From: an uncultured delta proteobacterium
Lineage (GTDB): Bacteria > Myxococcota_A > UBA9160 > UBA4427
Length of the DNA: 64,000 nt
Reading direction: 5' to 3'
Assembly: GCA_963822965.1 (NCBI GenBank)
Contig: CAWGJT010000006.1
Location: forward strand, 416,001-480,000
The translations under genes were made by a program, and so were the position numbers. Below, piece by piece: positions 9,653 through 18,176 of this stretch. Position 1 is the first letter of the stretch, and every line of letters begins with the position of its first letter. The notes below the pieces were generated by a model that was given only the letters and a program-made list of their open reading frames with translations, was not told where the DNA came from and made no database searches.

Positions 9653-10498
9653 TCAGCCTCCCTGCACGACCAGCATCCGCTGGCCCCGCGCCAGCAGGAC
9701 CCGGCCGGCGGCCACGAACACGAGCACCCAGGCCATGCCCAGCGCCAGGGGCAGCCCGGCCTCGCCGGCGGGAATGTCCCCGCTGTAGATGCGGAACGGC
9801 ACGTCCACGAGGGCGCGGAACGGCAGCAGCTCGAGGACGGGGCGGGCCCAGTCGGGGAAGAGCGGCAGCGGAATCACCATGCCCGAGAAGACCGTGACCA
9901 GGGTGGGCATGATCCGCGCCATGCCGTCTCCCGAGATCGTCCACAGCAGGGATACGTGGACCAGCATCGTGATCGCACAGCCGAGCGCGATGGCCACCGA
10001 CATCGCCAGCACGAAGAGGGCCGCGGCCAGCGGGGACGCGGGCGGCGCGAGCCGCCAGGCCTCGAGACCGAGAAGGGGCATCGCGACGCCCGCCAGCACC
10101 ACGATGGGCAGCGCGCGCAGGGACGTCGCGGCCACCCGCATGGCCAGCGTGCGCATGGCCCAGAAGGTGTAGAGGTCCAGGGGCCGCAGCAGCTCGAACG
10201 CCACGCCGCCGTCGCGGATCTGCCGCTCGAGATCCGCGTCGTGATTCCACGGCAGGAGCGCCAGCAGGGCCTGGCCGAGCCACACGTAGGTAACCACGTC
10301 CGGGAAGGCCATGGGCGCTTCGGTGCCGCTCGAACGGTAGAAGGCCAGCAGGATCATGATCCGGACGAAGCCCCAGAACACCTGGGTGACGGCCCCGGCG
10401 AGGGCTGCCGCGCGGTACTGCAGCAGCATGCGGTAGCGCGCGCTGAGCAGGGCCGCGTACGGCCTCGCGGAGCGATCGCGGCGGACGCCGGCGCTCAT
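9653..10498 (-). CDS. ABC-2 family permease
   Basis: LQYRAA, IRDGGVAFELLRP, C-terminal VVQGG. ATG overlaps the ATPase stop. Confidence 0.9.
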   Translation of the reverse strand: MSAGVRRDRSARPYAALLSARYRMLLQYRAAALAGAVTQVFWGFVRIMILLAFYRSSGTEAPMAFPDVVTYVWLGQALLALLPWNHDADLERQIRDGGVAFELLRPLDLYTFWAMRTLAMRVAATSLRALPIVVLAGVAMPLLGLEAWRLAPPASPLAAALFVLAMSVAIALGCAITMLVHVSLLWTISGDGMARIMPTLVTVFSGMVIPLPLFPDWARPVLELLPFRALVDVPFRIYSGDIPAGEAGLPLALGMAWVLVFVAAGRVLLARGQRMLVVQGG

Positions 10499-11487
10499 CG
10501 ACCGGCCCCGGGCTCCGCGTCGTACAACCTCGCGATCACCTCTTCGATGGGCGGGTTCTCCACGAAGAGATCGTGCACCGCGTGGCGGGCGGTGAGACGC
10601 GAGATGAGCGCGGTGGCGGAGATCCGCGCCGGATCGAAGGCGAGCTGCACGCGGGCACCGTCCCGGCCGATCAGACGCACGTCCGGGTCGGCGACCGGCT
10701 CCGCCTCGTCGACGAGATCCAGGGTGAGCCGGCGCTCGCCCAGCACCCGTCCGCGCAGGTCGGCCAGGGGGCCGTCCACCAGGATGCGCCCGGCCCCGAT
10801 CACGATCACCCGACGGCAGAGCGCCTCGATGTCGTCCATGTCGTGGGTCGTGAGAATGACCGTGACGCCCCGCTCCACGTTCAGACGGCGCACGAAGTCG
10901 CGCACCGCGAGCTTGGCGCCGGCGTCCAGACCGATCGTCGGCTCGTCGAGGAAGAGGAGCGGCGGCGCGTGCAGCAGGGCCGCCGCCACGTCGCAGCGCA
11001 TCCGCTGTCCCAGGGAGAGCTGACGCACGGGGGTGTCGAGCAGGGGCTCGAGGTCGAGCATCGCCACCAGCTCGTCCCGCGACCGCGCGTGGTCTTCCCG
11101 GGGAACCCGGTACACGTGCCGCAGCAGCTCGAAGGACTCGACCACCGGCAGGTCCCACCAGAGCTGGGTGCGCTGGCCGAAGACCACCCCGATGCGCCCG
11201 ACGTAGGCGGCGCGTTGGCGCCAGGGCACGTAGCCCAGCACCTCGCAACGCCCGGCGTCCGGCACCAGGATGCCCGACAGGATCTTGATGGTGGTGGACT
11301 TGCCGGCGCCGTTCGGGCCCACGTAGCCGACGAGCTCGCCCGGCTCGATGGAGAACCCGACGCCCAGGAGCGCCTCCACCCGGCGCACCTCCCGGCGCAC
11401 CACGCCGCGCACGGCGCCCCAGAGCCCCGGCCGGCGCGCGGCCACCTCGAAGTGCTTGACCAGGTCCTCGACGACGATCTGCGACAC
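10495..11487 (-). CDS. ABC transporter ATP-binding protein (ABC-2 exporter)
   Basis: GPNGAGKST, LSLGQRMR, LFLDEPT, TTHDM. GTG start after GGGAGG. Confidence 0.93.
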   Translation of the reverse strand: MSQIVVEDLVKHFEVAARRPGLWGAVRGVVRREVRRVEALLGVGFSIEPGELVGYVGPNGAGKSTTIKILSGILVPDAGRCEVLGYVPWRQRAAYVGRIGVVFGQRTQLWWDLPVVESFELLRHVYRVPREDHARSRDELVAMLDLEPLLDTPVRQLSLGQRMRCDVAAALLHAPPLLFLDEPTIGLDAGAKLAVRDFVRRLNVERGVTVILTTHDMDDIEALCRRVIVIGAGRILVDGPLADLRGRVLGERRLTLDLVDEAEPVADPDVRLIGRDGARVQLAFDPARISATALISRLTARHAVHDLFVENPPIEEVIARLYDAEPGAGR

Positions 11488-11532
11488 GCTTCCCGCCTCC
11501 CGGAACCCGGGCGCCGAACGAGGGCCCAAGCA

Positions 11533-11577
11533 CGAAAAGGCCGCCGAGCCCGACCCGGGAGGGGTCCTGCTCGCGGC
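11533..11577 (-). terminator. Imperfect terminator-like hairpin about 50 nt upstream of the second ABC ATPase
   Basis: Minus strand GCCGC-GAGC-AGG-ACCC-loop-GGGT-CGG-GCTC-G-GCGGC followed by CTTTTCG. Confidence 0.5.
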
Positions 11578-11619
11578 ACCACGATCGAATGCGGCCTGCT
11601 CGCGCCTTGCGGGCGCGGT

Positions 11620-11649
11620 CGCCCCGGGGCCGATCTCGGCCCCGGGGCG
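11620..11649. repeat. Perfect GC-rich inverted repeat (hairpin)
   Basis: CGCCCCGGGGCCGA-TC-TCGGCCCCGGGGCG. Confidence 0.85.
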
Positions 11650-11700
11650 GCGGCGGAGGCTACCCCACCCGCGGCCCGGCCCGCGAGGCGGGCTCGGCGC

Positions 11701-12513
11701 TCACCCGCGCACGCCGAAGCGATTGCCGCTCTCGTATCGGCGCAGCCCGGCCGCGAAGACCCAGGCAGCCAGCCCCGCGTAGAAGGCCGCGCCCGCGACC
11801 GCCGCCAGGAGCCCCGTCCAGCGGAAGTCGCGCACCAGCTCGACGGGCAGGTACCCGATGAAGCCCGCCGGCACGACCGTGAAGAGCAGCAGCTTCAGGG
11901 CGCCGCCGAAGAGCACCTGGGGATAGGTGGCGAACGTCACCAGGAAGTCCCACATCTGGCGGGCCAGCGACTCGATCCGTCCCAGCCAGAAGGCCAGGCT
12001 GTGCACGAGGATGCCCGAGGCCACGAACACCACGGTCGTGCACAGCAGCGCCGCCCCCAGCGCGGGCAACCGGGACCAGTCCACGAGGCCGGACAGCAGC
12101 AGGAAGCCCAGCCCGCTGAACATGTCCCCCCAGCCCGAGGCGACGGTTGCCGAGCCCACCACGTGCAGGAGCGGGTTCCTGGGCTGGGTCAGGAAGGCGT
12201 CCAGGTCTCCATCGGCGATCGTGCGCGACAGGTCGCGGATGCCGCCGGCGAAGACCACCGTCGCCCCGTGACCCGCAGCCACGAGGCCGAAGAGCGCAGC
12301 CACGTCCGCCAGCCCCCAGCCGCGGATCTGCTGGAAGCGCTCGAAGAAGATCCACCAGAAGACGAAGTAGAGGACGTTGTTGGCGAGCATGAAGAAGGCC
12401 TGCATCCAGAAGGCGCCGCGCAGCGCGAACGAGGACTTGAGGTTCATCGCCACCATCGCCCCCGCGAAGCGCAGGGCGGAGACCCAGCGTCTGGTTCCCG
12501 TGTTGCCGTCCAT
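11701..12513 (-). CDS. ABC-2 family permease (DUF990 type)
   Basis: LRGAFW, GDLDAFLTQP, RRYESGN; RBS AAGGAGG. Confidence 0.9.
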   Translation of the reverse strand: MDGNTGTRRWVSALRFAGAMVAMNLKSSFALRGAFWMQAFFMLANNVLYFVFWWIFFERFQQIRGWGLADVAALFGLVAAGHGATVVFAGGIRDLSRTIADGDLDAFLTQPRNPLLHVVGSATVASGWGDMFSGLGFLLLSGLVDWSRLPALGAALLCTTVVFVASGILVHSLAFWLGRIESLARQMWDFLVTFATYPQVLFGGALKLLLFTVVPAGFIGYLPVELVRDFRWTGLLAAVAGAAFYAGLAAWVFAAGLRRYESGNRFGVRG

Positions 12514-12530
12514 TCGAACCTCCTTCTGCG

Positions 12531-12645
12531 CCTTCCGGGCTTCGGCCGCCGTTCCTCCCGGGCTTCGGCCGCCGTTCCTTCCGGGATTCAGCCGCCGTTC
12601 CTTCCGGGATTCAGCCGCCGTTCCTTCCGGGATTCAGCCGCCGTT
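12531..12645. repeat. Tandem repeat, 5 x 23 bp (CCTTCCGGGATTCAGCCGCCGTT)
   Basis: Units start at 12531, 12554, 12577, 12600 and 12623. The last three are identical; the first two are slightly diverged. The unit contains the TGA of the permease ending at 12634. Confidence 0.95.
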
Positions 12646-13467
12646 GATGTCGAGCGCTCGCAGCGCGCGGCGCTCGACGGCCACGACGAGCGCCGTCGCG
12701 ACGGCGGCCCAGAAGACGAGCTTCAAGGCCACCAGCCCGGCGAGCTCCGGCTGCCAGCCGAACGCCATGCGCCCGGGCCCGTGCATCAGTGCGGAGAACG
12801 GCGTCCAGAGCGCGATCTCGCGCAGCCAGGCGGGATAGACCTCGAGGGGCAGCATGAGTCCGCCCAGCACGAACGCGCACTTCTGCCAGATCCAGTAGAC
12901 GGGGGAGCAGTCCTGCAGCCACACCGCACAGAGGCCGATGGTCGCGTGGAAGCAGAGCGCCACCCAGCCGGCCAGCAGCCCCAGCGGCAGGGCGAGCAGG
13001 AGCCCCCACGGATCGTCGGGCGGTCCGTCGGCCATCCAGAACGCGAGCCCGCAGCCGAAGACCGCCAGGGTCGCGGACCGGACCAGGAAGTCGCCCGCGG
13101 ACTCCGCGAGCCGGGCGCCCAGGTAGGAGATCGGGCGCGGCAGCCGGTAGGCGATGTCGCCGCGCCGCACGTCGGCCTCGAGGGCCAGGTGGACGAGGGG
13201 CAGGGACAGGATCACCCATTCGGTCACCGCCAGGTACCAGACCAGCTCCCGGGCCGAGGCGCCCGCGACCGCGCCCCGCTCCGCCACCACCCGCCACAGG
13301 CGCGAGAAGATGCACAGGATCACGGCGTAGAACCCCAGCCGACCGAGCAGGGCGGCGCGGTCCGAGAGCGACTGCCGGATCGCGATGCGCACCACCGAGG
13401 CGTACTTGCCCGCCCGCGACCGGGACCGCGCCCGCCGCGGGGCTCGCATGTCGAGTGCCGTCGTCAC
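12634..13467 (-). CDS. ABC-2 family permease
   Basis: GTG overlaps the ATPase TGA. VRRGDIAYRLPRP, GGLMLPLEVYP, C-terminal DINGG. Confidence 0.9.
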   Translation of the reverse strand: MTTALDMRAPRRARSRSRAGKYASVVRIAIRQSLSDRAALLGRLGFYAVILCIFSRLWRVVAERGAVAGASARELVWYLAVTEWVILSLPLVHLALEADVRRGDIAYRLPRPISYLGARLAESAGDFLVRSATLAVFGCGLAFWMADGPPDDPWGLLLALPLGLLAGWVALCFHATIGLCAVWLQDCSPVYWIWQKCAFVLGGLMLPLEVYPAWLREIALWTPFSALMHGPGRMAFGWQPELAGLVALKLVFWAAVATALVVAVERRALRALDINGG

Positions 13468-14489
13468 CGGTCGACCTCCCAGCCCGCGGACGCCGCGGGC
13501 GCATCGGCCGCGGCACGGGCGTAGATGGCCTGGACGATCTCCTCCATCGGGGGATCTTCGATCGACAGGTCGGTCAGGCTCGTCTGCGCGAGCAGCGCCT
13601 GCACGACCCGCTCTACGGACACCGCCGTCAGGTCGACGTCGAGCTCCGTGCAGTGGGGACGCCTCCGGGTCACCCGAACGCCCGGCAGCGCCACGTCCAC
13701 CCGCTCCGCCGCGCTGCGGAGCGTGATCCGCTTGCGGGCGATGAAGCTCCCTCGCAGGCTGGCCGTCGACCGGTCGAGCAGCAGCCGTCCCCGGTGGATC
13801 ACGATCACGCGTTCGCACACCCGTTCCATGTCGCCGGTATCGTGGGAGGTGAACAGAAGCGTTCGTCCGTCCCGCTCGCTCTGCTCGCGGATCAGGTCCC
13901 GGATCACGGCCTTGGCGGTCACGTCGAGGCCGATCGTGGGCTCGTCGAGGAAGAGGATCTCCGGGGCGTGGAGCAGGCTCGCCACCACCTCGCAGCGCAT
14001 CCGCTCGCCCAGGGAGAGCTGGCGGACGGGCTTCGCGAGCAGGTCGCCGATTCCGAAGCGCTCGACCAGCGCCGTCTGGCGCTGGCGATGCACGGCGGGG
14101 TCCTGCTCGTACACCCGGCCCAGCAGCTCGAAAGTGTCGACCGGAGGCAGGTGGTACCAGAGCTGGCTGCGCTGTCCGAAGACCGTACCGATGCGGAACC
14201 CGAGGGCGCGCCGCTCCCGCCACGGCTCGTGGCCGAGCACCCGCACCCGACCCCGGTCGGGGTGCAGGATCCCGGAGAGGATCTTCACGGTGGTGGACTT
14301 GCCGGCGCCGTTGGGCCCCACGAAGGCCACCCGCTCGCCGGCCTCCAGCTGGAACGAGAGGCCCTCGACCGCCGGCTGCGAGCGGACGGACGGGCGGAAG
14401 AGGCCGCGCGTCGCACCCCGGAGACCGGGCTGGTGCTCGCGAACGCGAAAGCTCTTGTGCAGCTCCTCGACGTCGATGGCGACGTGCAT
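13464..14489 (-). CDS. ABC transporter ATP-binding protein (ABC-2 exporter)
   Basis: GPNGAGKST, LSLGERMR, LFLDEPT, TSHD; RBS GAGGAGAAGGGG. Confidence 0.93.
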   Translation of the reverse strand: MHVAIDVEELHKSFRVREHQPGLRGATRGLFRPSVRSQPAVEGLSFQLEAGERVAFVGPNGAGKSTTVKILSGILHPDRGRVRVLGHEPWRERRALGFRIGTVFGQRSQLWYHLPPVDTFELLGRVYEQDPAVHRQRQTALVERFGIGDLLAKPVRQLSLGERMRCEVVASLLHAPEILFLDEPTIGLDVTAKAVIRDLIREQSERDGRTLLFTSHDTGDMERVCERVIVIHRGRLLLDRSTASLRGSFIARKRITLRSAAERVDVALPGVRVTRRRPHCTELDVDLTAVSVERVVQALLAQTSLTDLSIEDPPMEEIVQAIYARAAADAPAASAGWEVDR

Positions 14490-14535
14490 GACCCCTTCTC
14501 CTCTGGCCGCGATCGGGCTCCCGGGCGGGCCTGGA

Positions 14536-14578
14536 ATCGAAAAGGCCCTTCCGGCGGAGCCGGAAGGGCCTTTTCGAT
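14536..14578 (-). terminator. Intrinsic terminator/attenuator hairpin in the 5' leader of the ABC operon
   Basis: Perfect 20-bp inverted repeat ATCGAAAAGGCCCTTCCGGC / GCCGGAAGGGCCTTTTCGAT with a 3-nt loop; its 3' end lies 46 nt before the ATPase ATG. Confidence 0.85.
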
Positions 14579-14597
14579 CGCTCGAATCTGCTCCCGG

Positions 14598-14765
14598 CTA
14601 CAAGACGAGCTCCATCGCGAGCTGCACGCAGCAGCCGACGATCGCGCCATTCGCGATCGGGTCGCCGGACGCCCCACCCGCGACGGGCGGGAGGTACGTG
14701 CCGGGCTCGAAGCCCCGGATGCAGGAGAGCGGACATGACGCGCAGCATTTCCCGCGCATCGTCAT
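14598..14765 (-). CDS. Putative leader peptide/uORF, up to 55 aa, 6 Cys (start uncertain)
   Basis: MTMRGKCCASCPLSCIRGFEPGTYLPPVAGGASGDPIANGAIVGCCVQLAMELVL*. Third positions are almost all G/C from codon 12 on. TAG lies about 20 nt before the terminator. Below the ORF-track size cutoff. Confidence 0.45.
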   Translation of the reverse strand: MTMRGKCCASCPLSCIRGFEPGTYLPPVAGGASGDPIANGAIVGCCVQLAMELVL

Positions 14766-14772
14766 TTGTCAA
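14744..14772 (-). promoter_or_regulatory. Putative sigma70 promoter TTGACA-N17-AATGCT
   Basis: Perfect -35 at 14772-14767, 17-nt spacer, -10 with the conserved A2 and T6. An ATG begins at 14736, near the expected TSS. Confidence 0.55.
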
Positions 14773-14906
14773 GCGAAGCTGAAGTGGGCGGCGACGAGCG
14801 AGCGCCCGAGCCCTTCCGGAGGGCCCGGACGCTTGAATGAACGCAAGCGAAGTGCCACGATCGCGCTCCGTCCTCCTCCCCCACCGACCGGACGCACCTG
14901 TCATCG

Positions 14907-16242
14907 ATGACCCCCGCTCCCCTGCGCAGAGGCTCCCGACTCGGGAAGTACGCCCTCGAGAAGAAGCTCGGGAGCGGCAGCTTCGCAACGGTGTGGGAGG
15001 CCCGGGACACCATCGAGAAGCGCCGCGTCGCCCTGAAGATCGCCAACCCCGAGGTGATCGCCGAGTGGGGGCCCGAGGCCGTCGAGCACGAGGCCCGCAT
15101 CGCGAGCCGGCTCTCGCATCCGAACATCGTCGCCGTGCGCAACGCCGACTGGATCGACGGCCGCTTCGTGATCGTCACGGATCTGGCGAAGAAGTGCCTC
15201 TCCGAGGCGCCCGGCATCCGGCGCTCCGGACGCCTCGCCCTCCAGGTCGATCCGGGACGTCGCCGCGGGCCTCGCCTACGCGCACTCGAAGAACGTGCTG
15301 CACCGGGACGTGAAGCCCGAGAACATCCTGCTCTTCGAGGACAACCGGGCCGCGCTCACGGACTTCGGCGTCTCGCGCTTCGCCAAGGCCGCCAGCCAGA
15401 CCTACACCGAAGCCGGCACCCTGGGCTACATGGCGCCCGAGCAGGCCTACGGCCGGCCGCGGCTGGCCTCGGACGTCTTCTCCCTCGGGCTGCTGGCCTA
15501 CGAGCTCATCACCGGCACCCTCCCCAGCTGGCCCTTCGAATGGCCGCCGAAGCACATCGAGCGCTTTCGGGAGCGCGTCCCGGCGCCGGTCCGGGCGGTG
15601 CTGCGGAAGGCGGCGGAGTTCGACCCCCACCGCCGCTACCCCGACGCCATCGCCTTCCATCGCGCCCTCGAGAACGCCTTCCGGCAGGTGGAGCAGGAAC
15701 GTCCCCGGCGACGCCCTTCGAAGCGCCGGACCCGCAAGCCCGCCCTGTCCCCGCTGGCCGTGGAGGCCGCCCAGTTCAAGCGCCGTCACGGCGCGGCGCT
15801 CGAGCTCCGCTATCGCTGTCACCGCTGCGACGGGCCCATCTCGGAAGCCATGAGCCACTGCCCCTGGTGCGGCAGCGCGGACAACTCCCTGCGCGAGGTC
15901 ACCGTCTACCCGCTGTACTGCCCGGAGTGCGAGCACGGGGTCCTGCCGGAGTGGACGAGCTGTCCGTGGTGCTATGCGGGTCGCTTCGAGGGCAACGGCC
16001 GCCCCCCGCGCCCGGATCCCAAGGCGGAGCGCCACTGCACCCGCAAGGGCTGCCCGGGGGAGCTGCGCCCGTTCATGCGCTACTGCCCGGTCTGCAAGCA
16101 GAAGCCCCGGCGCGTCTGGTCCCACGCTCACCTACCGGACCGCTGCCCGCGCTGCCGCTGGCCGGTGTCGAAGACCTCCTGGCGCTTCTGCCCCTGGTGC
16201 GGGCGTCGCGAGCCGCGGGCCGGGACCTTCACCGGATCCTGA
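14907..16242 (+). CDS. Ser/Thr protein kinase with C-terminal multi zinc-ribbon region; +1 frameshift near 15249 (probably a sequencing error)
   Basis: LGSGSFATV and VALK lie in one frame; HRDVKPEN, DFG and GTLGYMAPE lie in the next. Junction CAG GTC G ATC CGG GAC. Eight Cys pairs at the C-terminus. Confidence 0.85.
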
Positions 16243-16301
16243 AGCCGGCTTCGTCCGGATCGGGGCCTTCCCGCTCGCGGCGCGGCTCCGCGACACGCGG
16301 C

Positions 16302-17120
16302 TCAGGTCCTTCGATACAGGATGAAGGTGAGGTCGTCGGGCTTGCAGGGCAGGCCCTCGGCGGGCTCCTCCATGCGCCGGATGGCCGTGGCGGCGAGCCG
16401 CGACGCCACCTGCTCCAGGGGCTTCACCCGAATCGTGTCGACGATCTCCGCCAGGCGGAGATTGTCGAAGACTCCGTCGGTGGCGAGCAGCACCGTATCC
16501 CGGCGCGCGAGGGCCAGCGGGCTGCCCACCTCGATGCGCATCTCCGCCGAGCCGATCATGTTCGAGACGAGGTGACGCTCGTCGTGGTGGAGCGCCTCCT
16601 CGTGCTCGAGCATCCCCGACTCGACCGCGTAGCCCACGGGCGAGTGGGAGACGGTCTGCAGCTTGATCCGGCCCCGCTGCCCCACCACCAGGATCTCCGA
16701 ATCCCCCACGTGGTACGGACGCAGGGTGTCGACGAAGAGCTCGGCGGCCGCGAGGGTCGTGCCCGCGCCGATCCCCAGCTCGAGCACCCGTCGGTTGGCC
16801 TCGTCGAGACCGTCGAGGATCGCGGTGCGCGCGGCGCTCGCGGCATCCGGGGCCCGGGAGAGCGCGTCGCGCAGGCACTCGAGCGCCAGGCGGGAGGCAT
16901 TGGCGCCGCCGGCCTGGCCTCCCAGCCCGTCCGCCACCGCCAGCACCCCACCCGCCTCCAGCAGGAACGAGCCCGCCGCGTCCTGGTTCTGGCTCTTGCC
17001 CGGATTCCGGCGCGAGAAGATCACCGCCTCGCCGCCGGGCAGGTGCAGGGGCTCGGGCTCGCTCATGTCGGCGTCGGTGAAGATGCGGACGGGGGGCATG
17101 GGGGTGGGCGTCTCGCTCAT
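16302..17120 (-). CDS. PP2C-family Ser/Thr protein phosphatase
   Basis: NQDA, VADGLGG, HVGDS, LATDG, DDLT. Confidence 0.92.
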   Translation of the reverse strand: MSETPTPMPPVRIFTDADMSEPEPLHLPGGEAVIFSRRNPGKSQNQDAAGSFLLEAGGVLAVADGLGGQAGGANASRLALECLRDALSRAPDAASAARTAILDGLDEANRRVLELGIGAGTTLAAAELFVDTLRPYHVGDSEILVVGQRGRIKLQTVSHSPVGYAVESGMLEHEEALHHDERHLVSNMIGSAEMRIEVGSPLALARRDTVLLATDGVFDNLRLAEIVDTIRVKPLEQVASRLAATAIRRMEEPAEGLPCKPDDLTFILYRRT

Positions 17121-17240
17121 CGGGATCGCCTCTTCGCGCGCGGTCGGACGGATCGTGGCTCGTTCGAAACCACATTCATCCACAGCGGGTTGGCCGCCTC
17201 GACGCATGATCCACATGAGGTCGAGGGGGAGCCAACGGCC

Positions 17241-18176
17241 CTACTTGAAGCGCACCCGCGAGCCCACCTGGACGCTCTGGGCCTGCGCGATGGGCGGAAT
17301 GGCCTGGCCTTCGAGACAACGACCGACAGCGTTGCAGTGGGCGACGACCACGCCGACCGAGGCCTCCGGAAAGACGTTCACCACCACGAACTTCGCCAGG
17401 TAGCGCTCGACCCGGGTGTAGCGATCCTCCTCGACCACGAAGCCCACCGCGCCCCGAGCCACCCGCTGCTCGCTCCCGCCGCTGATCGTCAGCTTCACGT
17501 CCGGCTCGTCCAGGCTCAGCTCGCTCACCACGATCTCCTGCTGGGCCATCACCGCGGGATCGACGAAGCTCCGACCCAACGCGGCGGCCAGCTTCTCGAA
17601 GTCCCGGCGCACGAGGGCGCCGGACCGGAGTCCGATGCGGGCGCTGCCGCTCGCCACCACCATCTGCGTGTACGGATCCACCACGCGGTAGTCCACGTCG
17701 AACTGGCCGTTGCCCTTCGCGTCCCGGGAGATGGACGTGATGGAGCTCTCGAGCACGCCGTCCACCATGCCCCGCAGATCGCCATACGGGTCGGGCGACG
17801 CCGCGGGAGCCGCCGACACCGTCTTCGACGGGGCGGCTGCGGCGACGGCGGGTAGCTCCGGCGCCGACGAGGGCCGACCGTCGTAGAGCCCGAAGCGGCC
17901 TCCGGCGTGCAGCGCGGTCACCAGCACCTCGCCGGACGCGTCGGCCACGGCCGCGGCCTCGCCGGTCTGGTCGACGAAGGCGCGGACGGCGATGCGATAC
18001 TGCTGGGTGCGCGGGGTCAGGAAGCTCGGCGGCAGCACCATCTCCGCCAGGGGCGGCTGGGCCGGGGGCATCTCGATCGTGCGTCCCACCGTCTGGCAGC
18101 CCGGCGCCAACGCCGCTGCGAGCCATACGGAGGCGAGCGCGCCGCCGCGCCGGAGGCGAGCGCGAATGGCCGGCAT
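17241..18176 (-). CDS. Lipoprotein with CsgG/TolB-N-like domain and beta-rich C-terminal domain
   Basis: Lipobox LAPG-C; IAVRAFVDQTG resembles the CsgG family; TGATG coupling to the upstream gene. Confidence 0.6.
   Translation of the reverse strand: MPAIRARLRRGGALASVWLAAALAPGCQTVGRTIEMPPAQPPLAEMVLPPSFLTPRTQQYRIAVRAFVDQTGEAAAVADASGEVLVTALHAGGRFGLYDGRPSSAPELPAVAAAAPSKTVSAAPAASPDPYGDLRGMVDGVLESSITSISRDAKGNGQFDVDYRVVDPYTQMVVASGSARIGLRSGALVRRDFEKLAAALGRSFVDPAVMAQQEIVVSELSLDEPDVKLTISGGSEQRVARGAVGFVVEEDRYTRVERYLAKFVVVNVFPEASVGVVVAHCNAVGRCLEGQAIPPIAQAQSVQVGSRVRFK

Noticed and set aside
12531..12645. Possible CRISPR array
   Set aside because: The units are contiguous with no unique spacers, and there are no cas genes in the window.
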